In this document: in pieces, positions 1 through 11,608 of the stretch
Layout: each line of letters begins with the position of its first letter
Numbering within the stretch: position 1 is the stretch's first letter
Source: Callorhinchus milii
Taxonomy: Eukaryota
Length of the DNA stretch: 64,000 nucleotides
NCBI RefSeq assembly: GCF_018977255.1
Contig: NW_024704742.1
Span: 69,876,001 to 69,940,000 of the forward strand
Direction: 5' to 3'
Notes under the pieces: model-generated
What the model was told of the DNA's origin: nothing
The model's database searches: none
The model's input: only the letters and a program-made list of their open reading frames with translations
Program-made: the position numbers and the translations under genes

Positions 1-1292
1 AGGCACTAAATCAAATGCAAGAATCATTATTATTTTATTATTAATAATCCTTAATAATAATTATCCTTACCTGATATACTGCTATATTTGATATATAGCA
101 CCTTTCACATCGGAATGATTCAAAGCACTTCTCAGGATTTATTGAAAGTACAGTGATAATGTATTTTGTTGACAAATGCGGCTGCCAATTTCTGCACAGC
201 AATGTTGTTGGACAGGACACTGGGAAAAACTCCCTTTTTTTAATTGTACCGCAGGATCTTTAACATCCACCTGAACTGGCACAACTGAGAGCTCGGTTTA
301 AAGTCTAATTTGAAGGTCAGTACTGCTCACAACGAAGTGCTCCCCACCCTCTCCTTACTGCAGTTCCACGGTATAGCTGTCTGTGGGAACCTTGCTATGT
401 TTTCCTTCAATAATAATAGTAATCCTTGCATTTGATACAGTACATACAACATCAAGTTATCTTTCAAAGACTTTCCACCTAAAATGCAGTTAGCCTCTGT
501 ATTTTGTGGATGAACTCAGCTTCCAATTTGCGCACAGCAATTTCCCACAAACATCCGTGAAGTAATTTTGTTTTCTCTTTCTCTGGGGGATTAATGGCCA
601 AGGCAACCGTGAAGCAATTTCAGATGTTTCAACAAACTAAATGCTGTATTAAGTGCAACACGTATTATTGTTATTATTATTACTGGTATCAGTCAGCCAA
701 TCTGCCCCCGCTCTCTGGAACTCCATCCCAGAGTTCCTCTACCTCAGCCCTGACTCATGAAGCCTGCCTTAAACAACAACTTGCATTTACATTGCATCCT
801 TCATGTGGGGCAGGGTCTAGGAGCACTTAACAGTGGTGGCGCCTGATGCCCAGCCAGAGGAGGGAGGAGATGACTGTAAGCACGGTTGAAGAGGAAGGTT
901 ATCAGTCTTGATCTAAAAGAGGGGAAGGAGGAAGCAAGGCAGAGGGGTTGGGGGAGAGTGTTCCAAAGCTTAAGATCACATTGAACATGTTTTTGGTCAT
1001 CTTTCAACTCCTCCCTCGCCAGCTTTCAGTGCCAGTCAGCTGTGTGAAGCACTCCCGACGTGAAAGGTGCTGTATAAATATACAACAACTTGTGTTTAGA
1101 TAGCACATTTTACACAGGGTAGCATTTCGGAATGCTTAAAAAACGTAAATGTTTTTGTCAGCTGTTATACATCCAAATTGTTTCCTCCTTGAACCTCTTT
1201 CGCTATATCTGCTTCACTCTTTGATTTTTTTCTTTTTTCATTTTTGTATCAAAACAGTCATTATTTTGATGTAAAACATGCCTGTGGTTTAA

Positions 1293-1311
1293 CAGCGACC
1301 CCTGGTGGCCA
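1293..1311 (-). promoter_or_regulatory. Candidate CTCF site
   Basis: Minus strand reads TGGCCACCAGGGGTCGCTG, close to the CTCF core consensus; lies in a non-repeat patch. Confidence 0.6.
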
Positions 1312-1712
1312 ACCGCGAACACTGGCAACAGTTTCAGTCAAGGTGACAAACAGTAATAATAATCCTATAATACTAAAAATACAGTCACTACACTTTCCAA
1401 TATATCCTGTGAAGTACTTTGAGACATTTTCACCCACAAAATACACACTCAAGTCACTTTACAGTATACTCTGTAAAGCGCTTTGAGATGTATCGAAGAT
1501 GTAATAAGGCACTATATCAAATGCAAGGATGATTATTATTATAAATTTGCAGGTGTGTTCACCTAGAGATACACAGTCTATGCTTTACAGTTTAGAGCAT
1601 TAGACCCCCATTCTCATTGGGTCTCCTTGGAGCTGAATTGGCTCCAAGGTGATATGAGCGGCTCCGCTACTGTCTCACACCGCAGGCCGCTGAATACACG
1701 CTTTCATTACAT

Positions 1713-2437
1713 CAACAACAACAACAAGATTCCATTTATGGAGCGCCTTTCACGTCGGGAGGACGTCCCAAGGCGCTGGACAGTTGGGTCAGGACCCGAG
1801 CAGGGGGGAAATGGTCAGGGTGAGGGGAGGGAAGGGAGGGTGCGAGGAGGGGGAAATGGTCAGGGTGAGGGGAGGGAAAGGAGGGAGCGAGGATGGTGGA
1901 GAGAGTCGAGAGGGGAGCTGAAGGCACGGTCAAAGAGAAAGGTCTTGAGACCGGCCTTGAAGGAGGAAAGGGAGGAGGCGGCGAAGGCACTGGGGGATGG
2001 AGTTCGAGAGCCTCGGGGCTGAGAGGCTGAAGGCCCGGCCACCGAAGGTAGGGCGGTTGGGGCGGGGGATGTGGAGCAGACCGGAGCCAGAGGAACGGAG
2101 GGTACAGGCAGGTAAGTAGGGAGATAGTAGGTCGGAGAGGTAGGAGGGAGCGAGGCCGTGAAGGTGTAGGTGAGGATGAGGATCTTGAATTCGATCCTCT
2201 GGGGGATGGTGAGCCAGTGGAGGCGAGCGAGGGTGGGAGTGATGTGGTCGCGGTGTCTGGTGCGGGACAGTACACGAGCTGCAGAGTTCTGAATGACCTG
2301 CAGTGTGGAGGGAGGTGCCGGGAAGGCCGGCGAGGAGAGAGTTCCCATAGTCCAGCCTTGAGGTGATAAAGGCGTGGACCAGAGCTTCAGCCGCGTGAGG
2401 GGTGAGGTAGTGCCATAGTCAAGCGATGTTTCGGAGG
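1713..2437 (-). mobile_element. L2-clade LINE, 5'-truncated 3' end
   Basis: Minus-strand ORF2 C-terminus (LQVIQNSAARVLSRTR..HITPTLARLHWL..RIEFKILILTY; FKAGLKTFLFDRAF), stem-loop tail and (TTG)n end; ~46-nt internal duplication near 1803-1893. Confidence 0.9.
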
Positions 2438-2447
2438 CTTGACAGCG

Positions 2448-3028
2448 AGACTTGACTATGCAAACTCCCTACTTGTCGGCCTCCCCAACTCCTCCCTCCA
2501 TAGGCTGCAGATCATCCAGAACTTTGCAGCCCACGTCCTCTCCCACACCAGGCTCTGTGAACCTATCACCCACATCCTCGCCTGACTCCACTGGCTTCCC
2601 ATCAACACAGAGGATACAGTTCAAGATCCTGGTCCTCACCTTCAAAGCCCTCCATGGTCTTGCTCCCCCCTACCTCTGCAAACTCCTGACCCCCTACCAT
2701 CCTGCTCATTCTTTCCGTTCAGTGGGCTCCGGCCTGCTGCACATCCCCTGCCTCGCTCGCCCCACTATTGGTGGGCAGGCCTTCTGCCACTCTGCCCCCA
2801 CCCTTTGGAACTCCATCCTGCAGCCCCTATGCCTCACCCCCTTGCTTGCCTCCTTCAAGACCCATCTCAAGACCCTCCTCTTCGACCGTGCTTTTGATCA
2901 CCCTGCATCCCCCCTGCCCTCCACCCTCCCTGATCCCAACCCGGGTCCGAAACTCTGACTATCCAGCACCTTGGGACATCCTGCAGATGTGAAAGGCACT
3001 TTACAAATGTAATTTTATTGTTGTTGTT
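2448..3028 (+). mobile_element. L2-clade LINE, 5'-truncated 3' end
   Basis: RLDYANSL..QRIQFKILVLTFKALHGLAPPYL..APTLWNS..FKTHLKTLLFDRAF and (TTG)n tail. Confidence 0.9.
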
Positions 3029-3039
3029 TGGCAATGGAA

Positions 3040-3585
3040 TGTAGGAATCAAGTCCATCTTCTGTGGAGGTCTCAGTAGTCCATTTCCTGAGCCGGGCGGA
3101 TCTGTAATATTCTAGGGTACTGCTGATGCCAGCTCAGCCGGCCTGGCTCATCAGCAGCACTTGGAAGGGCAGATCCCTGGCTCTAGGGGCAAGGACTTCC
3201 TACTCAGCTCCTGTTAACCCTGCGAGCCAAAGCCCTAATGGGTAGGATGGAAAATCCAGAACAGCAGAAAACTCATCACCTGGAGTATCCAAATCAAACT
3301 GAGAATTCCATGCATCCCACCGACACATGGAAATTCCCAAGTTATTTACTTGAATGGAATGTGGATTCTCTCCCTGGAGGGATGTATCCTTCTTACATAA
3401 TCCCGGAAAGTATTAGGTAGGGGTTGGTAATAGCCAAGGCTTGGGGACCCCAGAGTGTGCGTTGTGGTAACTGCTGGAGTCTAATCAGCTAAAACCGTGT
3501 AGCTAGTCATTGATATCGTTGTCTGGCAATCCTTCCCACTGTTTGTCAAGCGAGGACCACCCTACCCACTTGGCCTTTGGCTTGT
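3040..3585. repeat. Unclassified interspersed repeat (related copies at 32281-33110, 38670-38730, 41300-42030, 43575-43832, 46965-47030)
   Basis: Shared blocks such as tatccaaaccagactgagaattccatgcatccc, ggcttggggaccccagagtgtgc and cagctaaaaccg(c/t)atagcttgcca recur in these copies. Confidence 0.75.
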
Positions 3586-3737
3586 GTATTTTGTAGGAAA
3601 ACGTGGCAACACATAGCAACATTCCACAAATAGCCATGAGGTGAATGTTCAGTTTTATTGGGGGGATTGTTGGCCAGGTCACCAGGAGAAACTCCCTTCT
3701 CTTTTTCAATATTACTACAAGATCTTTACATTAAAAT

Positions 3738-5745
3738 ACATTAAAATATACAGCACAGAAACAGGCCATTCAGCCCAACTGGTCTATGCTGGTGTTTATG
3801 CTCCACATGAGCCTCCTCCTGCCCTTCCTCAACTAAGCCTTCAAGCATAACCTTCTATTCCTTTCTCCCTCATGTACCTATCGAGCTTCCCTTTCAATAC
3901 ATCTATGCTATTTGCCTCAACAACTCCTTGTGGTAGCAAGTTCCACTTTCCCACTACTCTCTGTGTGAAGAAATTTCTTCGAACTTCCCTATTTGATCTA
4001 TTTGTGACTATTTTATATTGATAGCCCCTGGTTTTGGTCTCCTCTACAAGTGAAAACATCTTCCCTACGTCTACTCTATCAAAACCTTTCATCATTTTAA
4101 AGACCTCTATCAGGTCATCCCTTACTCTCCTCTTTTCAAGAGAAAAGAGTCCAAGCTTGTTTAACCTTTCCTGATAGGTATAATTTCTCAGTTCTGGGAT
4201 GATCCTTGTGAATCTCCTTTGCACCTTCTCCAGTGCCTCCACATCCCTTCTATAATGTGGGGACCAGAACTGCACACAGTGTTCTAGTGTGGTCTAACCA
4301 AGGTTCGATAGAAGTTTACCATAACTTCCCTGCTTTTCATTTCTATCCTATCCCTCTAGAAGTGAACCCCAATGCTTGGTTTACCTTTTTTATGGCCTTA
4401 TTAACCTGCGTTGCTACTTTTAGTGAATTTATGTGTATCCCTGGATCCCTTTGCTCCTTTACCATTTAGGTTTTTATTTTCCAGGGTGTATGTGACTTCC
4501 TTATTCTTTCTACCAAAATGTACCACCTCACACTTTTCTATATTGAAATGCATTTGCCATTTAAATGCCCACTCAGCAAGTTTATTAATGTCTTGCTGTA
4601 ATTTGTTGCAATCCTCCTCTGTATTAACTACTTCCCTCAATTTGGTGTCGTCTGCAAATTTTGAATTTGTGCTGCTGATTCCCAAGTCCAAATCATTAAT
4701 GTATATTTTGAACAACAGTAGTCCCAATACCATTCCTTGTGGAACACCACTGCTCACCCTCTGCCAGTCTGAGTAGTTACCATTTACCCCTACTCTCTGT
4801 TTTTTGTTTTGCAGCCAGCTTGCTATCCATTCTGCTATTTTTCTCCTGATTCCACATACTCTGACCTTATTCATTAGTCTATTATGTGGTACCTTATCAA
4901 ACACCTTCTGGAAATCTAAAAAATTACATCTACAGCATTCCCCTTGTCTACTCTTTCTGTTACCCCTTCAAAGAAATCAATGAGGTTAGTCAAGCATGAC
5001 CTTCCTTGTTGAAATCCATGCTGACTATTCTTTATTACGTTCTCCATTTCTAGCTTTTTTTTATTACCTCCTTCAGTAAGGATTCCATTATGTTTACTAC
5101 CACTGATGTTAAGCTGCTAGGTCTGTAGTTCCTTGGACTTGTTCTATCTCCCTTTTTAAATGTAAGTATAATATCAGCTATCCTCCAGTCCTCTGGCACT
5201 ACTCCCTTTTCTAATGAGTTATTATATATATGTAATGGTCCCTCTGCTATCTCTTCCATCGATTCTTTTTATATATTATTATTATTAATATATTATTATT
5301 ATCATCTCACTTTTTGAAAAAAGTTATTATATTTAATAAATAATAATAATAATATACGCAGATGCAATCCATCTGGACCAGAGAGGTTCTATCCTCTCTG
5401 AGTTTTGTTAGTTTTTCAATTATGTCTCCTCTTTGTATCTTAAATGTATTTATATTATTTTCGATCTCGTCTTCTACAGTCATGTCCACCTGATCCGTCT
5501 CCCTGGTGAATACTGAGGCAAAGTAATTACTTAATATTTCTGCCATTTCGCTGTCGCAGCCTGTAAGCTTATCTTGTCTATCCCTTAGTGGCCCTATTCC
5601 TATTTGGATTTTTCTTTTGTTATTTATATGTCTTAGAATATTTTACTATTTCTTTTTATATTCCTTGATAATTTAATTTCATAATTCCTCTTTGCCTTCC
5701 TAATTGTTTTTTTTACTATTTCCTGACCTCTTCGCTTTTTTTTTG
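3738..5745 (-). mobile_element. CR1-clade LINE, ~2 kb 5'-truncated, frameshifted RT
   Basis: Minus-strand fragments NYRPSSLTSVV, FDKVPHNRL, SGVPQGMVLGLLLFKIYINDL, KFADDTKL, QFWSPHYRRDVEALEKVQRRFTR, FFTQRVV; typical CR1 3'UTR near 3740-3840. Confidence 0.93.
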
Positions 5746-8203
5746 TCATGCTCTCTCTTGTTGTTTACGTACTTAATATCAACTTGTACAGACAGACAAT
5801 ACTATAGACTCCTACAAAATGTACAGTCACAACACTTCCACAACACTATATCCCTATGAAGTGGTTTGAGATGTCTTCCCAACATGAAAGGTGCAAATGC
5901 GAGGATTATTATTATTATTATTCTGAACCATGCTAACTTTTATTCCTTGTTCCTATCATTACTGTGAGTGCATTAGCATTAAACAATACAGGTAGAAATT
6001 GGGGGATTGTTTGAACAGAAAGATCTCCTCCCAGACTCCTTCTCTTTTTATACAGACAGATGCAACAAGTAATGATTTCACTGGTCTCAGTTTAGCCAAA
6101 GAATGTCAAAGACTGCCAAAAACTCCCACAGCTGTTTAGATCACAGTTTCCAACACGTATTTGTTGATGTTACTGAACAGGAGTCAAGTGAGAGTGTGGA
6201 GGACAGGGGAAAACAAAATCCCATTTTTCCCCAGCTTAATAGGAATACAGTTAACATCTTTCTTTCTGTAGTTGCATTTGATAAAGCGCCTTTCACTTCG
6301 GGAGGACATCTTAGAGCACTTCACAGGATTTCACTGCAAAGAACTTGTGTATTTTGCAATATAGGCCAACGTGGCAGCCAATTTGTGCTCAGCAATGGCC
6401 CACAAACAGCCGTGAAGAGAATGAACAATTTTATCTGTCGGATTATCAGCCCTTTTCAACTAGCGCCAAAGGATCTTTAATATCCACCTGAACAGACACA
6501 CAGATGGGACCTCTATCTTTCCCCTCCCCACTTCCCTTGGTTTCCAGTTCCAGCTCAGATGCCCAGCCGGCATTGTCAAGAAGCTTTGAGACATCTCCCG
6601 AAGTGAAAGGTGATATATAAATGTAAATTATATAGTACTCGAAGGGTGGCACATCCAACATTGTCACACTCTCTCTGCCCCCACCTCTCAGCACTGTCAG
6701 TTCTGTGAGCTCAAAGTCCCGACATGGGGCAAGCCTGGTAAATATAATCAACCTGACTCAATTGCTAGCACTCTTGCCTCTGAGTCAGAAGGTTGACAAC
6801 CTCCATGTCAGGATCCAGTTTGCCTTTCCAGATGGACATTAAAGATTGCGTGGCACGATCCAAAGAGAGAAAGGAGTTTCTCCCAGTGTCATGCCTGACA
6901 ATTCCCCAAATAAGTGGGCTACATAAAATTGGCTATTTGTGAGACACTGCTGTGCGCAACTGACTGCTATGATTATCTGCAAAATACACAGCCACTTTTC
7001 AGTAAATCCTTTGAAAAGCTTTAAGATGTTTCGATGACTTATTATTTTTAAGTTGTTATTGTAGTTTTGAAGCTCTGTTAGTTAAGTGTATCAATAGCTA
7101 TGGAACAAGGGCGTGCAATTGGAGTTAAGGTACAGATCAGCCATGATCTTACAGAGTGATGGGGCATAAGGGGCTGAATGGCCTGCTCCTGTTTCTATTT
7201 TCCTAAAACTCTGCGATTAAATTGCTTTCCCTTATGTGTTTACCCTGTGCAGTACATAAGTGCGTTTTAATGTCAACACTTGCATACTGGGAATAGCAAA
7301 CAGAAATGTTAGCATTCAAAACAACTTAGGTACAATCCTTCAAAAACCTAGGATATCTCACAATAATGCTAAGCTCCACAACACTTGTTACAGTATTTGA
7401 AAACAAGCCTTATGAGTGTCATACCGGAACTCACATGTCAGTTTACAACAAAAAGAATAACAACAACCTGCATTTATTTCGAACTCTCCCTCAATCCCCC
7501 TCCTTCCCCCCTTTTAGATCACAACTGAAGATCTTCCTTTTCGACCGTGATTACTGTCACTTCCTCCCTCCCCCAGCTCAGCGTCAGGCTCTGGCGTTAG
7601 AACTGTTAAGCGCTCCGAGACACTGCCCTGTATGAAGGGCGCTATATAACTGCAAGGTGATGTTGTTTATAATAATAATAATAGTGCATTTCAAAACAGG
7701 AGGATATCCCAAAGCACTTCACAGGATCTACTGTGTGTTTTGTGAGTGAACACAGCATTCCAGGTTACACACAGCAATGTCTCACTAACAGCCATGAAGT
7801 GAAACCACCGAGAGAAACTCCTTTATATTTTCAAATAATGTCAGGGGATCTTTAACATCCACCTGAACTTGCAGACGGGACCTCATTTAAAGTCTCATCC
7901 AAAGGACAGCACCTCCAATATTGCAACACCTTCCCCCAGTACTGCATTAGAGTTTGTAATTCCAAGTCCCTTAGGAGCAAGAGTGCTACGATTGAGCCAG
8001 GCTGACACAGTTGACTCCAAGTTTAAGTCTCCCTAGGGTAGGGAGGCAACTAATCAACAATACAACTTGCATTCATACAGCGCCTTTCAATTTGACAAAA
8101 CACTTGGACAAACAATAAAACCTTGCATTTATACTGCGCCTTTCAATGTCTCAAAGCATTTGACAAACAATAACTAATTGCAATCATACAGTGCCTTTCA
8201 GTG

Positions 8204-8590
8204 TGTGTCAGCCTGGTAGAGTGGTAGAGCTCTCACCTCCGAGTCAGAAGGTTGTGGGTTCAAGTCCCACCTCATGACTTGGAATCATATGTTGCTGACA
8301 ATGCAATGCAGTGCTGGGGGGTGTTATATTGTCGGAGGTGCCGTCCTTTGGATGAAATGCTAAACCAAAGTCCTCCTGCTTGTTTAGGTGGACGTTAAAG
8401 ATCCCATGGGGTTATTCGTGAAGAGAAGGGAGTTTCTCTCTCCCGGTGTCCTGGCCAACAATCCCCCAAATAAAATCGGTCACTCCCTCCATGACTGTTT
8501 GTGGGACACTGCTGTGTGCAAACTGGCTGCTCAATTTCACCCATCTAGTCAATGCATTTTACATTGTATCCTGTGAAGTGCTTTGAGACT
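8204..8590 (+). mobile_element. tRNA-headed Deu-domain SINE (SacSINE/AmnSINE-like); more copies at ~95-370(-), 6745-7030(+), 7675-8010(-), 22574-22870(+), 29095-29565(-), 39530-40340(-), 50875-51305(+)
   Basis: A/B-box head (gtcagcctgg..tggtagagc..gagtcagaaggttgtgggttcaagtcccac), central gtcggaggtgccgtcctttggatga..taaacc..aggtggacgttaaagatcccatgg block recalled as the Deu domain, L2-like tail. Family naming is from recall. Confidence 0.8.
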
Positions 8591-8719
8591 TGATGCGTAC
8601 ACAAGAGAGAGGTGAATAGAAGGGGTTGGGGCTTGTGTGCAGGAGAACCATTCAGTGGCAGACTAGTTGGGCCAAATGGCCTGCTTTGGTGTTGCCACAA
8701 TCTAGCAATGAAAACATGA

Positions 8720-10500
8720 GGGCTCTCACCTCCTTCCTGCCTACAACTCCTTATCATATCTGTTGGAACCCCTCATGAGTACCCTGTAATCTTCATAACC
8801 TCATCTGTCAACTCCTGTAAGGTTTCCCGTCCCATTTTCCTAACGGGAGGGGGACCCGTAAATATCGGCGCCTAATGTCTACAGTGCCAGCTGCACATGC
8901 TTTGCATCACTGAGGCCGTTCATGATGGCCACTTGAGATATCTCTGCCAAATGCTTGAATGAATCTCTGGTTCCCTTAAATTTGGGTAATTTTGACGCCA
9001 TTTCCTGGATCTGTTGCCCCATAATAAAAATAATAATCATTGCATTTGATATACCACTTTTCACGTCTTCTAGACATCTCAAAGCGCTTCACAGAATAGA
9101 CTGTGAAGTGAATTGACCGTATATTTGTGGGCGAAATGAGGCAGCCAATTGTGCACAGCAGCGTCCCACAAACAGTCGTGGGTTGAAATGACTAATATAT
9201 TATTGTTTTTTTTNGAGGGATTATTATCAGGCGTGTGGAGTAAGGAAACTTTCCCAAGGTTTCACCCTGCTGGGAATCGAACCCAGGTCTCTCGCTTGCA
9301 AAGCGAGTGCTCTAAGCACTGAGCTACAGGACTCCACAATATAGGGAACCACGAATTGGGATTTCAGGGCGAGCGTGGGTCTGGCTTGGGGATTCGGCAG
9401 TATTTGTGCTATGGTAGGAGGTACTGTTGCAAATTTGACCTGAATCATGGGGCATATCTCCCCTGGACCAGGGTCTGTGTGATTCTCTGCCGCTTCTCTA
9501 TGTAGATTATCCGAAATCTATTTCTGCATCGTCCTTCTCTTCTCTCAACAGCAACAAATTACATTTGTATAGCGCCTTTCACAGGTGCTATACAATGTCT
9601 CATTATACACATGATCCCTCTGTTACACTTAACTTGCTTTTCCAATTTCGCTATCTATTGCTCACACTGAATATGTGATGCCGCATCACGCTGTTTATGT
9701 TGTGATAATATATTCGCTTACCTTAGCTGCCTGTGCTTTAAATGTAGCTTTTTAAATCTCCATTCTTCCTTGTCAAGTGTTTGCAATGCTGTTCGAGCTT
9801 CCTCTTCTCTACTTCTGGACTTTCTGCTGTCCACCTTAATTCTCTCACCTGCGACTGATAATATTCTACATTTCTCTCTTGAAGCTGCATTCGCTCAGTC
9901 CTTTTGTAACCTGTTTTAACATTGATTCTAACTCTCCTGTCTTATTTCAAGAGCTCTGTTTTTCTCCTCTGATGCCCAGGTTTATCTCCATTTAGAATAC
10001 CCTTCGTATTTAACGGCCCCATTTTTTCTAAATCATATTCCTGTTTCATTTGCGAGGCCAGCAACCATATTGCCTTTTTATGCTTTACTTTTCAAGCAGC
10101 AAGCCTGTTCAGGTGCCAACATCTGTAGGATTATTTTTTCCTCATCAGAGGTGCTTTTAACCTCAAATCCAAGGTTGGAATGATCAGGAGCGCACCCTGG
10201 GAGGTTTGAAGAGACTGTCTCCTTGAAGTTGATTGCAGTTCTGTTACCAGACTGTTAGTCCACAGTTTAGTCCATAGCTCTCCTCATCTCCTCAACAGAC
10301 ATTGTCTTTTTATTATCTTTCATTATCTCCTGTTTACCTCGTGAATTTTTCCATATAACGAGTTGGTTTCAAATCCTCTTCAATTACAAAGAGTTGTTTT
10401 TCTACTTCCTAGCAGCTACCATTGTCACTCTCTTGCTCTTATGATTATAACATAATGGACTTCCTCCTTCTGGTTATCTTTCTCATTGTCTGGATAACAA
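8720..10500 (-). pseudogene. Decayed gag-like ORF of an LTR retroelement, interrupted by a SINE and an L2 tail
   Basis: Removing the SINE at 9021-9335 restores an in-frame join ...QFVVPYIV|GQQIQEMASKLPKFKGTRDSFKHLAEISQVAIMNGLSDAKHVQLAL*, resembling a Ty3/gypsy capsid pattern; upstream coiled-coil-like remnants (REEEARTALQTLDKE, IAKLEKQVK). Many stops; boundaries approximate. Confidence 0.45.
9021..9335 (-). mobile_element. tRNA(Ala-like)-headed SINE, short form; other short copies 10652-10912(-), 44798-45058(+), 59861-60169(+), 62300-62610(-)
   Basis: Head ggagtcctgtagctcagtg..tagagcactcgctttgcaagcgagagacctgggttcgattccc, body ccttgggcaagtttccttactccacac, L2-type stem-loop tail and (ATT)n; imperfect TSD ataat/acaat. 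Confidence 0.88.
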
Positions 10501-10928
10501 ACCAGGCCATCATGCTTTGTGAGCTAGTCTATGGTCAATGACCATTTACCATGGAGAGTATAATATTTGACACTTACACAAATTTGCTGTAGTTATAGTC
10601 ACAAAATATAATAATACTATGTATGAGTGTTGGTGTGAAGATGACTATAATAATAGTAATCTTTGCATTTGATACAGCGCTTTTCACGTCTTCTAGACGT
10701 CTCAAAGTGCTTCACAGAATATGCTGTAAAGTGAATTGGTTTTATAATTTGTGGGCGAAACGCGGCAGCCAATTGCGCACAGCAGTGTCCCACAAACAGT
10801 CGTGGAATGAGTGACCAAATTATAATTTTTTTTTCTTGAGGGATTATGACCAGGTGTATGGAGCAAGGAAACTTGCCAGGCGAGTGCTCTAATCACTGAG
10901 CTACAGGACTCCAACTATAATCACAAGT

Positions 10929-11066
10929 TCTGACAAAGGGTCGTGGACCCAAAACGTTGACTCACTTTCCTTTCTCCATAGATGCTGCCTGACCTGCTGA
11001 GTGTTCCCAGCGACTTCTGTTTTTGTTTTCAGATTTCCAGCATCTGCAGTATTTTGTGTTTTGTTT
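10929..11066 (+). mobile_element. Penelope-like element pseudo-LTR fragment with degenerate hammerhead core, 13-bp TSD
   Basis: ttctgacaaagggtcgtggacccaaaacgtt..agatgctgcctgacctgctgagt..cagatttccagcatctgcagt resembles the common fish/shark Penelope terminus; flanked by tataatcacaagt at 10916-10928 and 11067-11079. Confidence 0.8.
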
Positions 11067-11136
11067 TATAATCACAAGTGATTTCTGTTGAGTATTGGTG
11101 TGTGAAGTTGATCTAACCATAACTTGTGTTACTGTA

Positions 11137-11345
11137 AAATAAAAACAGAAATTGCTGGAAACAGGAATTCCCTGTCAGGCAGCATCAATGGAGCAGAAAG
11201 TGAGTAAACATTTTAGGTTGACGACTTTTTGTCAGAACTCTAACGAAAGAATGACAAGCTTAACCATCAGAACACCGACAAAAGGTCATTGAAGTGACTT
11301 ATGTTTTTATTTCAGATTTCTAGCATTTGTAGTATTTTGCCTTGT
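11137..11345. mobile_element. Further Penelope-like fragments (inverted copy 11137-11240, direct partial ~11274-11345)
   Basis: Reverse complement of 11137-11240 gives agttctgacaaaaagtcgtcaacctaaaatgtt..gatgctgcctgac; 11305-11340 repeats tttatttcagatttctagcatttgtagtattttg. Confidence 0.7.
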
Positions 11346-11608
11346 GTTACAGTGATTCATGTTGACTGTAACTACTGGTTATAGTGACTGTCAGCACCTG
11401 AGGTGAGGAGGCGATGACTGGAGCCAATCAGGAGAGTCTCGGTCTTGTTGACATTCAACTGAAGAAAATAAGCTCTTATACAGGACTTGATGTCTGACGG
11501 ATTGACTATAACTGTAGTATTGACTATAACTACAGGCTACAATGACTGGCAGTGATTGCTATTGATTATAACCATAGGTTATGGTGACTGTCAGTGATTA
11601 CTATTGAC

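Noticed and set aside
3120..3157. Minus-strand ctgCTGATGAgccaggccggctgagctggcatcagcag as a hammerhead
   Set aside because: Has CUGAUGA and a possible stem II but no GAAA box, and the motif is absent from the related copy near 41940; it is just a hairpin on present evidence.
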